From an uncultured Clostridia bacterium (GTDB taxonomy: Bacteria > Bacillota > Clostridia > Christensenellales > CAG-917): 64,000 nt of DNA. The position numbers and the translations under genes were made by a program. The stretch lies in the NCBI GenBank assembly GCA_944332815.1, contig CALVKQ010000003.1, positions 2,082-66,081 of the forward strand, in the 5' to 3' direction. This document shows, one piece after another, positions 1 through 8,269 of the stretch (position 1 is its first letter; each line of letters opens with the position of its first letter). The notes under the pieces are model-generated. The model made no database searches. It was given only the letters and a program-made list of their open reading frames with translations, and had not been told where the DNA came from.

Positions 1-2884
1 TGGTTTGGAGGATGAGCACGGTGTCGTTCACAGTCACGCCCACTCCGAAGAAGGCTATCAGCACCAGGATCACGGAGAGTTCTATGAACATCATGCCGCG
101 GTTGAGCACCGAGAAGCCGAGGTTGAAGTCCGCACGCTTGCGCCTGAGGGGATTGATGAGCCAGACTATCGTGGGGATGAGCATGAGCGCCGCGCCGCCT
201 GCCATGATGGGCAGGAAGTACACATAACTTATCTCGCGCGCCAGACTTGCCCACATCACGGCGGCTTCCACCAGGAATATCGCCATCATGATGAGCCAGC
301 AGTCGCGGTTGAGCCTGTTTGCGCTGATGAAGTTGAAAGTGTAGTACTCCGAAGTGTTCCTGCGGTCGTAGGAGCGCAGTTTGAACCCTTCCGCATACAG
401 CCTGGATTTGAGGTTAGGCTCGGTGGGAGCGATCGCGCGCTCGGCAGGTTCCTTCGCTCTTTCGGGCTGGGTGTCGGCGATGGAGGAGAAGAACTCTCTG
501 TAATTGACGTCGCTGCGCTGATAATCGAAAGGTTCGGTGCGCGCGTTGCGGACTGCGGACACGACGTATTCTCCCTTATCCGTCTGCGTTGCGGCGTTTT
601 CTTCGGGGGCTTCTTCACGCACGGGAGGAGGCGCCTGCTCCCTGACGGGGCGCGTTTCGGCTGCGGCAGCAGCTTCCTCCGCCGCTGCGGCGTCGCGTTC
701 CTCTATGCGGCGGAATATCTCGCTCAAAGTGGCTTCGGGAGCGCGCCTAGGGGAGGTGTCCTCCTCGGTGACGTAAGCTTCCTGGCGGACGGTTTGCGGC
801 TCGGCGTCTGCGGCGGCTTCTCGCACCTCCGTGCGCCTTTCGGTGTAAACGTAGGTGGGTGCGGACTCCATGCGCGAGCGCATATCTTCCAGTTCGCGCG
901 CGATGCGTTCGAGTTCCGCTTTGCGCTCGGATTCCAGCCTGACCAGCTCTTCCATGAGCGCGGAGTCGGCGCTTTCAGTTTGGGGAGTTTCCTCGTTTTG
1001 TTCCGCGTCGTCCTCCATGCGCGCTTCTTCGGCGAGCAGCTCTTCCTCCTCGGTGAGTTCGACCGGGGCGGAAGGCGTGTCGGAGGGATCGCCGCCGTCG
1101 GATGCGGTTTCGTTCACCCACTCCGCGTCGTCGATTATGTACTCTTCTTCTTTGTCCTTTGCGTCGGAGTACTCCGAAGTGGCGTCAAGCGCCCGGAATA
1201 TCTCCTGCAATGTGGCGGTGGAGGGGATATCTTCGGAGGAGATCTCCTCGGAAGAGGGCGCCTCGGGCTCGTCTTCCGTCGCTTCTTCTTCCTCCTCCTT
1301 TATCTCTTCTTCCTCTTCGGCTTCTTTTTCTTCCGCTGTTTCGGCATCTTCGGCGACGGAAACAGGCTCTTCCTCGGTTTCCCGGGAGGGGAGAGTTTCC
1401 ACACGCCACTCGGCGCCTTCGACAATGAGGCGCTCATCCTGTTCCGACTCCTTTGCGTATTCGGATTCGGCGTCCAGGTTTTTGAACACGTCGTCCAGCG
1501 TCATGGTGGCTTGCGAGAGGAGAGCCTCCTCGCGTTCGCGCGCTTCGCGTTCCGCCTGCTCGCGCTTTTCCGCTTCGGCGCGTTCGTACGCCTCGCGTTT
1601 TGCGTCTTCTTCCGCTTTTTCCGCGAGGAATTTCTCGCGTTCTTCGGCGAAACGCTTTTCGGCTTCCAGCCTTTCGTTTTCTATGCGTTCGAGTTCGGCG
1701 CGTCTTTCCGCGTCCAGTCTTTCCGCCTCTTGCCTGCGCTCCTCTTCGGCGCGCTTTTCCTCTTCGAACTTCGCGTACTCTTCGCGGAAACGGGCTTCCG
1801 CCTCTTCGCGCTCGGCGGCGATGCGGTCCAGTTCCTCGATGTGGCGCGCGGTGTACTCGGCTTCTTTTGCGGCGTATTCCTCTTCCGCCGCCGCTTTTTC
1901 CGCGCGCAGACGCTCCACCTCTTCGGCGTGCTCGGCTTCCAGCTTTTCACGCTCGATGCGCGCCTCTTCCGCAAGCCTTTCAAGCTCCGCTTGCTTTTCT
2001 TCTTCCGCGCGGAGCATATCCGCTTCCTTTTCGGCGGAGAGTTTTTCGAGTTCCGCCTGCTTTTCTTCCTCTAAGCGTTCGAGTTCCGCCTGTTTTTCGG
2101 CTTCGGCGCGCTCTATTTCCGCCTGTTTTTCCTCTTCCAGACGTTCGAGCTCCGCTTGCTTTTCTTCCTCTATGCGAGTAAGCTCCGCTTCCTTTTCGGC
2201 GGCGAGTCTTTCGAGTTCAGCTTGTTTTTCTTCCTCTATGCGAGCGAGTTCGGCATCCTTTTCTGCACGGATGCGCTCTATCTCCTCCTGTTTTTCGGCT
2301 TGGATGCGCGCATATTCCTCTTCGGATACGGCGCGTCCCTGACCGCCTTCTTCCGCAAGACGCTGCGCCTCTTCCTCCGTGATCTCGTTGCCGCCTGCGT
2401 CTATGTATATCTTCTTCTCGACGAGGACGACTTTTTCCTTTTCCTTATAGACGACCTTGGCTTTGTCCGAATTATCCTTTTTGGTGTAGGGGCGCAGATC
2501 GTCCGTGTTGAAGGGGGCGGGCGTGGTGTCGAAGTCGAACTGCCTTGCGGACACGAGCTTGTCCAGGATGGTGCGTGAGTACTCATACTCCGACCTTTCC
2601 TTTTCGAGGAAGCTCCTGCCTTCGGCGGTGAGGGAATAGTAGCGTCTTCTGCCGCCGCCCGTATCGTCGGGATCGCCGTCATAAGAAGAGATCAGCCCCT
2701 GCTTTTCCAACCTTTTCAACTGGTTGTAAAGAGTGGGCTGTTTGAGCTTGTATTGACCTTCGCTTTTGAGTTCGATCTCTTTGAGGATGTCGTAACCGTA
2801 ACGGTCCCTGTTCCAAAGGGAGCCGAGTATGATGGTGGTCACGTTGCCCCGGATGAGATCGCTGTTGACGGAAGAAATGTCCAT
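1..2884 (-). CDS. PadR-family winged-HTH protein fused to a long acidic coiled-coil/repeat region and C-terminal transmembrane helices (3' end beyond window start, >=961 aa)
   Basis: Not in the ORF track because no stop lies in the window. Hand translation from ATG 2884 (GGAGAG RBS): MDISSVNSDLIRGNVTTIILGSLWNRDRYGYDILKEIELKSEGQYKLKQPTLYNQLKRLEKQGLI...RRRYYSLTAEG, the PadR signature. The same frame at the window start reads CWLIMMAIFLVEAAVMW...YFLPIMAGGAALMLIPTIVWLI...MMFIELSVILVLIAFFGVGV. Confidence 0.85.
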   Translation of the reverse strand, partial: MDISSVNSDLIRGNVTTIILGSLWNRDRYGYDILKEIELKSEGQYKLKQPTLYNQLKRLEKQGLISSYDGDPDDTGGGRRRYYSLTAEGRSFLEKERSEYEYSRTILDKLVSARQFDFDTTPAPFNTDDLRPYTKKDNSDKAKVVYKEKEKVVLVEKKIYIDAGGNEITEEEAQRLAEEGGQGRAVSEEEYARIQAEKQEEIERIRAEKDAELARIEEEKQAELERLAAEKEAELTRIEEEKQAELERLEEEKQAEIERAEAEKQAELERLEEEKQAELEKLSAEKEADMLRAEEEKQAELERLAEEARIEREKLEAEHAEEVERLRAEKAAAEEEYAAKEAEYTARHIEELDRIAAEREEAEARFREEYAKFEEEKRAEEERRQEAERLDAERRAELERIENERLEAEKRFAEEREKFLAEKAEEDAKREAYERAEAEKREQAEREAREREEALLSQATMTLDDVFKNLDAESEYAKESEQDERLIVEGAEWRVETLPSRETEEEPVSVAEDAETAEEKEAEEEEEIKEEEEEATEDEPEAPSSEEISSEDIPSTATLQEIFRALDATSEYSDAKDKEEEYIIDDAEWVNETASDGGDPSDTPSAPVELTEEEELLAEEARMEDDAEQNEETPQTESADSALMEELVRLESERKAELERIARELEDMRSRMESAPTYVYTERRTEVREAAADAEPQTVRQEAYVTEEDTSPRRAPEATLSEIFRRIEERDAAAAEEAAAAAETRPVREQAPPPVREEAPEENAATQTDKGEYVVSAVRNARTEPFDYQRSDVNYREFFSSIADTQPERAKEPAERAIAPTEPNLKSRLYAEGFKLRSYDRRNTSEYYTFNFISANRLNRDCWLIMMAIFLVEAAVMWASLAREISYVYFLPIMAGGAALMLIPTIVWLINPLRRKRADFNLGFSVLNRGMMFIELSVILVLIAFFGVGVTVNDTVLILQT
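1960..2320 (-). repeat. Intragenic 33-bp (11-aa) degenerate tandem repeat, about 11 copies
   Basis: Translation: EEYARIQAEKQ EEIERIRAEKD AELARIEEEKQ AELERLAAEKE AELTRIEEEKQ AELERLEEEKQ AEIERAEAEKQ AELERLEEEKQ AELEKLSAEKE ADMLRAEEEKQ AELERLAEEAR. Confidence 0.9.
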
Positions 2885-2913
2885 GATCGCTCTCCGACTT
2901 TTTTCTTACTGAA

Positions 2914-2942
2914 ATGATAACAAACTATTATCTCAAAGTCAA
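2914..2942 (-). promoter_or_regulatory. Putative sigmaA promoter of the PadR fusion gene
   Basis: TTGACT-17 nt-TATCAT on the minus strand, 30 nt upstream of the ATG. Confidence 0.6.
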
Positions 2943-3056
2943 TATTTTAGAATAGTACATTTACAAAATCGATAAAAAAGAGCGGTTTTGACAAGTTTAC
3001 GCCGCTCATTTTGCGATTTATGCCCTTTTTACGGCAAAGCCGTGGCGGTTCAGGGG

Positions 3057-4127
3057 TCAGACTTCGTCGTCATCGCGCAGGGTGACCGCTTTTGCCGCCA
3101 TTCGGCGATGGTCTTGTTCTATTGCCGCATAGTGCTTTTTCGTGGTGTTGACGTCGCGGTGTCCGAGGACGTCCGCCACCATGTAAATGTCGCCCGTCGC
3201 GCGGTAGAGATTGGTGCCGTAGGTGCTGCGCAGTTTGTGAGGGGAGATGCGTTTTAGCGGCGCGGCGACCGCGGCGTACTTTTTCACGAGATTTTCGACG
3301 GCGCGCACGCAGATGCGTTTGACCTGCAATGAAAGAAAGAGCGCGTCGGGGTCGGATATCTCCAGCTTCGGACAGCGCGAGAGCAGGGCTTTGCGTTCGC
3401 CCTCCACATAGTTTTCCAACGCTTCTTTAACGTCGTCGTTGAAGTACAATATGGCGCGGCTGCCTCCCTTTCTCGTGACGGTGAAAGCGTTGGACTCGAA
3501 GTCCACGTCCTTTACGTTCAGCCCCACGCACTCGCTCACGCGGATGCCTGTGCCGAGCAGCAGTGAAAGTATCGCCACGTCACGCGCTCGCGTGTTGAGC
3601 AATATCTTGCGCTGATGCGCGCTCATGCCTTCTCCGTCCTCCGCGGCGGAGAGGATGCGCTCTATCTCGTGGCGTTCCAGACGGATTATCTCCTTGTCGC
3701 GCTGTTTTGGGAGGGATATCTTTGCCGCGACGTTGACGGGGAGTTTGTCTTTGTTGAAAAAGTATTTGAAAAAGCTGCGCACGGTGGAGATCTTTCTCGC
3801 TTTTCCGCGGTCGCCGTTGGCAAATTCCTTGCCTTCGAACTCGTAAAGCGAGAGATATTCCATATAGTTTTCCAGGTGCGTGACCGTCACTTTTTCCATG
3901 TCGGCGAGGGTGATGTCCTCCGCATCCATTCCTTTGAACGGGCGGACGCGCTTTGTGAGGTAATCAAAAAATATGCGCAGGTCGTAAGCGTATCCCAGCC
4001 GCGTCAGCACGGTGGTCTGCGGCTCGACGCCGACGAAAAACTCGTCGCAAAACTCGGGCAGGGTGTCCCTGATCTCGCGCAGTCGGACGCTTACGTCGCG
4101 CTCACGCTCCTTGAAATAGTCCGCCAT
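3057..4127 (-). CDS. Xer-type tyrosine recombinase (about 356 aa)
   Basis: RDVAILSLLLGTGIRVSE, TRKGG, HKLRST, LGH and HY catalytic motifs; N-terminal SAM-like domain; ATG 4127 follows GAGGAG. Confidence 0.9.
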   Translation of the reverse strand: MADYFKERERDVSVRLREIRDTLPEFCDEFFVGVEPQTTVLTRLGYAYDLRIFFDYLTKRVRPFKGMDAEDITLADMEKVTVTHLENYMEYLSLYEFEGKEFANGDRGKARKISTVRSFFKYFFNKDKLPVNVAAKISLPKQRDKEIIRLERHEIERILSAAEDGEGMSAHQRKILLNTRARDVAILSLLLGTGIRVSECVGLNVKDVDFESNAFTVTRKGGSRAILYFNDDVKEALENYVEGERKALLSRCPKLEISDPDALFLSLQVKRICVRAVENLVKKYAAVAAPLKRISPHKLRSTYGTNLYRATGDIYMVADVLGHRDVNTTKKHYAAIEQDHRRMAAKAVTLRDDDEV

Positions 4128-4308
4128 ATAATTCTCCTCGAAGGGCGACCGCGCACTTCTCGGGTTTTTGCGCGCCCTTTTACCATACAGATCATACCAA
4201 ACTATTCGCAAAAAATCAAGGTCCGCGTGCAAAGCGCCGCGATTTAAGTCCCGTCGCCTTGCCAATTTTGCATACTTGTGTTAATATGACCGGAGCAGGA
4301 GGTGCCGC

Positions 4309-4881
4309 GTGAGAAAGATAAGAAAGGATGAAATAGGCAAGGTCAGCAGACTGTTCACTGACATTTTCGCGGAATATGAGGCGTACAGGCTCTTCTTTCC
4401 GGATGAGAAAAAACTCGCAAAAGGGATGGAAGCCTTTTTCCGTTACGAGATATTCGCCTCGCAGGATTACACCTGGGTGGAGGAGGACTTCCTTTCCGCC
4501 GCGGCGGTCAAGTGCCCCGGAGATAAGGACCACGATCCGCGCCTGCTTTTCCTTTCCCCCGTCTATACACTCTCTTTCTTCACCGCTGTCGGCGCCCACG
4601 CCCGTAAACTCGCAGCGGAATATCTGCGCTTTGCGGAGGAGATATCCTCAAAATATTACGACCCGGCGAGGGACGCTTACATCAAAAACATCGGCGTGGC
4701 GTTGCAGGCGAGAGGTCAGGGCAGACTGCGCCTCATGACGGATGAGCTCTGCGGCGACCTCCCCGTGTACTTGGAAACACATGACGAAAACAACGTCACA
4801 ATTTACGAGCATATGGGGTTCCGCATCTGTGAATCGGCAGACTTCCACGGCTACACCCATTACGCCATGCGCCGCGACTGA
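4309..4881 (+). CDS. GNAT-family N-acetyltransferase
   Basis: YIKNIGVALQARGQG and VYLETHDENNVTIYEHMGF motifs; AGGAGG RBS before GTG. Confidence 0.8.
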   Translation: MRKIRKDEIGKVSRLFTDIFAEYEAYRLFFPDEKKLAKGMEAFFRYEIFASQDYTWVEEDFLSAAAVKCPGDKDHDPRLLFLSPVYTLSFFTAVGAHARKLAAEYLRFAEEISSKYYDPARDAYIKNIGVALQARGQGRLRLMTDELCGDLPVYLETHDENNVTIYEHMGFRICESADFHGYTHYAMRRD

Positions 4882-4936
4882 CCGCCCGACCCACCTAATT
4901 TGCAGACTTTTTTGCGCAAATCAAGGGCGTCGAACA

Positions 4937-5779
4937 CTATTCTATTGTGTCGCCCTTTTCGGTATTGCACCTGTGACACAATGTTTGCAAATTATCATAG
5001 GTTGATTTTCCGCCCTTTGCTATCGGTATTATGTGGTCTATTTCAAGTGGTGCGTATCGATCCGAAACGCCACATTTACGACACCTGTAACCATCCCTTT
5101 TATATATTGCAAATCTCATCTTATTGGAAACTTTTCCTCTTTCCACACGGCAAATCGATTCCCAAATCTCGCGATCCAGATAAAAGTTTCCGCTTTTCCG
5201 ATTTAATCGTTTATTTATTGCAAATATATCTTCGGCTGTAAATATCTCACCTTTTTCTTCGCATACGCGCCCATTTATATTCGATCGGTAAAGAGTGACT
5301 CTCAGGCAAAATTGTGTGACAGGTACGCATGTTTTATCTTGCATTAACTTGCATTCGGTTTTTAACAGCCTTTCCGACTTTAATTTTCCGATCGGAGCCG
5401 CAAATTGTCCTGATGTATCAATAGAATTTACTTCGGCAAGATATTCTTTATATCGCGAACTATTATGATCCACCTTTTTTATTTGCTCGAAAAGTTTTGT
5501 TCTAATATATTGCAACTGATAGACCAAATAGTCTTGACAAGATATCATGTTAAAGAAGGTTTGATTATCGTAAGTATGGAATTGATCGAAACATACATAC
5601 GGATAAAAATCGTATCGGCGATTTATTTCGTCAAGCTTTTTTATGCTGATGCTGTTTTCAAGTACAAAATCATGATAATTCCTTTGTTCACGTCGCTTGA
5701 AAAGGCAGAATAGGATGATCGCAGCGGTCAGACCTATTACAGTAGATATGGCTATCGCTAGACCTGAAATCAAAGGCAT
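4937..5779 (-). CDS. HNH endonuclease with N-terminal transmembrane anchor
   Basis: C-terminal RFAIYKRDGYRCRKCG...EIDHIIPIAKGGKSTYDNLQTLCHRCNTEK; N-terminal hydrophobic LAIAISTVIGLTAAIILFCLF followed by KRR; visibly AT-richer than flanks. Confidence 0.88.
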   Translation of the reverse strand: MPLISGLAIAISTVIGLTAAIILFCLFKRREQRNYHDFVLENSISIKKLDEINRRYDFYPYVCFDQFHTYDNQTFFNMISCQDYLVYQLQYIRTKLFEQIKKVDHNSSRYKEYLAEVNSIDTSGQFAAPIGKLKSERLLKTECKLMQDKTCVPVTQFCLRVTLYRSNINGRVCEEKGEIFTAEDIFAINKRLNRKSGNFYLDREIWESICRVERGKVSNKMRFAIYKRDGYRCRKCGVSDRYAPLEIDHIIPIAKGGKSTYDNLQTLCHRCNTEKGDTIE

Positions 5780-5869
5780 TATTCCCTCACGTGGGCTTCA
5801 AAAGTTTTACTTAACAGTATCAATTTCGACAGGATTTGTCAAGAAGCACACACAGGGATCATACCACAT

Positions 5870-6633
5870 TCGACGGAATAGAGGTTTTTCTGCATTTGTT
5901 CTGCGTGCAGAGTCACGTGGGTAGAAAAAGTGCGCCGGCGTCGGGTAAGGATCCACCTGCCCAAAACAGAAAACCGCACTAAACAGTGCGGTTTTCTTGG
6001 TGGGAGGAGGTGGATTCGCAAGGAGAAAGGCGAGTGCTAACGCACCGCCTTCGACGGAATAGCGGTTTGCCGTTATCTGATCTGCGTGCGGAGTTCACGC
6101 AGAACGGCAAACGGCGTCAGCGACGGGTAAGGATCCACCTCTCCAAAACAGAAAACCGCACTTAACAGTGCGGTTTTCTTGGTGGGAGGAGGTGTGTGTT
6201 CGCCATAAGTGTAGGGCATTGAAAGGGTAGTGTTTTGGCGAGCGTTACATCACATCACGGACGATAGGAAAGGGCGAAAGCGTCACGCGGAGCGTGCCGC
6301 CGAACCTGCGCGCATAGAGGAAATTCCTGCAAAAGTTAAGCAACCTGCTGAGTACACATCACGCCCATTGTTTAATGTGGCGCGCATGGTTCGTCCACCG
6401 TCCCTCGCACAAACAAAAACCTCAACCGAATGGTTCGATTGAGGTTTTTGTTGGTGGGAGGAGGTGGATTCGCAAGGAGAAAGGCGAGTGCTAACGCACC
6501 GCCTTCGACGGAATAGCGGTTTGCCGTTATCTGATCTGCGTGCGGAGTTCACGCAGAACGGCAAACGGCGTCAGCGAAGGGTAAGGATCCACCTCTCCAA
6601 AACAGAAAACCGCACTTAACAGTGCGGTTTTCT
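5870..6633. repeat. Array of cassettes at the tRNA-Tyr 3' end: A (6452-6633), B (6180-6451), A' (5998-6179), truncated divergent A'' (~5870-5997)
   Basis: tRNA 3'-end copies TGGTGGGAGGAGGTG(GATTCG) at 5998, 6180 and 6452. A and A' are 182 bp and differ at one base (6124 C vs 6578 A). Confidence 0.92.
6604..6633 (-). terminator. Intrinsic terminator after tRNA-Tyr (copies at 6150-6179 and 5968-5997; different hairpin at ~6413-6451)
   Basis: AGAAAACCGCACT-TAAC-AGTGCGGTTTTCT perfect stem, followed by a U-rich tract on the minus strand. Confidence 0.8.
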
Positions 6634-6718
<85 letters not shown>

Positions 6719-6770
6719 ATGTGATACCCCATAAAATTTCGGAACGAAATTTGATGGGGACCCCCGTTAT

Positions 6771-6846
6771 TGGAGCTGGTGAACGGAATCGAACCATCAA
6801 CCTGCTGATTACAAATCAGCTGCTCTGCCTATTGAGCTACACCAGC
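6771..6846 (-). tRNA. tRNA-Thr(TGT)
   Basis: GCTGA-TTTGTAA-TCAGC anticodon arm, T-loop, CCA. Confidence 0.96.
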
Positions 6847-6895
6847 GTTTGATTTGACGACGGTGCGGTGAGGCGCGGTTGCGGCACCGGCTTTG

Positions 6896-6971
6896 TGGTG
6901 CCTCGGGGCGGACTTGAACCACCGACACAGGGATTTTCAGTCCCTTGCTCTACCAACTGAGCTACCGAGGC
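6896..6971 (-). tRNA. tRNA-Phe(GAA)
   Basis: GGGA-CTGAAAA-TCCC anticodon arm, CCA. Confidence 0.96.
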
Positions 6972-7055
6972 ATACGGTCTAGGGAAGTGGCAGTGACCTG
7001 GGCCACTGCCACTCGACCTTTTGTCCCGACCGAAGAGGTTCGGACGGGGTTTGCT

Positions 7056-7132
7056 TGGCGATCCGGAAGGGGCTCGAACCCTCGACCTCCAGCGTGACAG
7101 GCTGGCGTACTAACCAACTGTACTACCGGACC
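7056..7132 (-). tRNA. tRNA-Asp(GTC)
   Basis: CCAGC-CTGTCAC-GCTGG anticodon arm, GCCA end. Confidence 0.96.
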
Positions 7133-7140
7133 GTAAGTTT

Positions 7141-7217
7141 TGGTGGGCCTTCACGGACTCGAACCGCGGACCAATCGGTTATGAGCCGACCGCTCTAACC
7201 AACTGAGCTAAAGGCCC
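7141..7217 (-). tRNA. tRNA with CAT anticodon, most likely tRNA-Ile2 (lysidine)
   Basis: GGGCCTTTAGCTCAGTTGGTTAGAGC...CGGCTCATAACCG resembles Firmicute Ile2 rather than Met/fMet. Confidence 0.85.
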
Positions 7218-7251
7218 TCATCCGGTGGGAATGTTCCCGTTGTCGCGAATA

Positions 7252-7328
7252 TGGTCGGGGTGAGAAGATTCGAACTTCCGACCCCATGGTCCCAAACCAT
7301 GTGCGCTACCAAGCTGCGCCACACCCCG
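7252..7328 (-). tRNA. tRNA-Pro(TGG)
   Basis: CGGGGTG 5' end, CATGG-TTTGGGA-CCATG anticodon arm, CCA. Confidence 0.96.
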
Positions 7329-7356
7329 TGAGTCGGAAACGATTCGTGACTATGAC

Positions 7357-7385
7357 AATATACAATACGGCAAAGAGAATGTCAA
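7357..7385 (-). promoter_or_regulatory. sigmaA promoter of the tRNA operon
   Basis: TTGACA-17 nt-TATATT just upstream of tRNA-Pro. Confidence 0.8.
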
Positions 7386-7505
7386 CTTTTTTGCGGTGGA
7401 TTTTGAGAGATTTTATTGACAAAATACGTCGCCGACGGAAACCGTCCCGTCAAACTCCTTAAATTGCGCGCTCGGCGGTGCGTTAACATAGCGGAAGGAG
7501 GCAAT

Positions 7506-7814
7506 ATGGGTGTCAGATGCAATGCCGAACGCGGAAGAGTGACGTTCGCTTTTGACGGAGATATCGACGAGTACGCCTGCCGCACGCTGCGCGAAAGCAT
7601 AGACTCGGTGATCGCGGAAAAGCGTCCTGCCGAAGTGGTGTTCGACCTCGGCGGAGTGGCGTTTGTGGACAGTACGGGGCTGGGGCTCATCCTTGGCAGA
7701 TACAAAAAGATAGCGGCGACGGGCGGAGTCCTGCGCCTGAAAGACGTGCCGACGCAGGTGGACAAGGTGTTCAGGGCGAGCGGCGTTTATTCCGTAGTCG
7801 AAAAGGTGAGATGA
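7506..7814 (+). CDS. spoIIAA: Anti-sigma F factor antagonist (STAS)
   Basis: GDID...FVDSTGLGLILGRYKK; AGGAGG RBS; operon context. Confidence 0.93.
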   Translation: MGVRCNAERGRVTFAFDGDIDEYACRTLRESIDSVIAEKRPAEVVFDLGGVAFVDSTGLGLILGRYKKIAATGGVLRLKDVPTQVDKVFRASGVYSVVEKVR

Positions 7815-8269
7815 TGAGTGATAACCATATGAAAATGCTTATCCCGGCATACGGGAAGAACGAGAGTTTCGCACGCAACGCCGTCGCCGGTTTTGCGGTG
7901 GAATGCGCGCCTACGGTGAGCGAGATAAACGACATCAAGACCGCCGTCAGCGAAGCGGTCACCAACGCTGTCGTGCACGCTTACGAGGAGGAGCGCGCGG
8001 AAAACATGATAGAGATATGCGCCGATATCGACAGCGGAAACACTCTGACGGTCAGCGTGCGCGATTTCGGATGCGGCATCGAGGACGTGGCTGCCGCGCG
8101 CGAACCCTTTTTCACGACCAAGCCCGGTGAAGAACGCAGCGGCATGGGGTTCACGATGATAGAAACCTTCATGGACGACATGACGGTGGATTCCGCACCC
8201 GGAAAAGGCACCACGGTGGTGATGCGCAAGAGGATCGGCGGCGATGCTGGCACACGAAGAAACGCTTGA
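7811..8269 (+). CDS. spoIIAB: Anti-sigma F factor / kinase
   Basis: NESFAR...IKTAVSEAVTNA..HAY...PFFTTKPGEERSGMGFT. Confidence 0.95.
   Translation: MMSDNHMKMLIPAYGKNESFARNAVAGFAVECAPTVSEINDIKTAVSEAVTNAVVHAYEEERAENMIEICADIDSGNTLTVSVRDFGCGIEDVAAAREPFFTTKPGEERSGMGFTMIETFMDDMTVDSAPGKGTTVVMRKRIGGDAGTRRNA

Noticed and set aside
5-2578. Long + strand ORFs (689, 495, 193 and 140 aa)
   Set aside because: Antisense shadows (F/L- or S-rich) of the E/K-rich PadR fusion gene on the minus strand.
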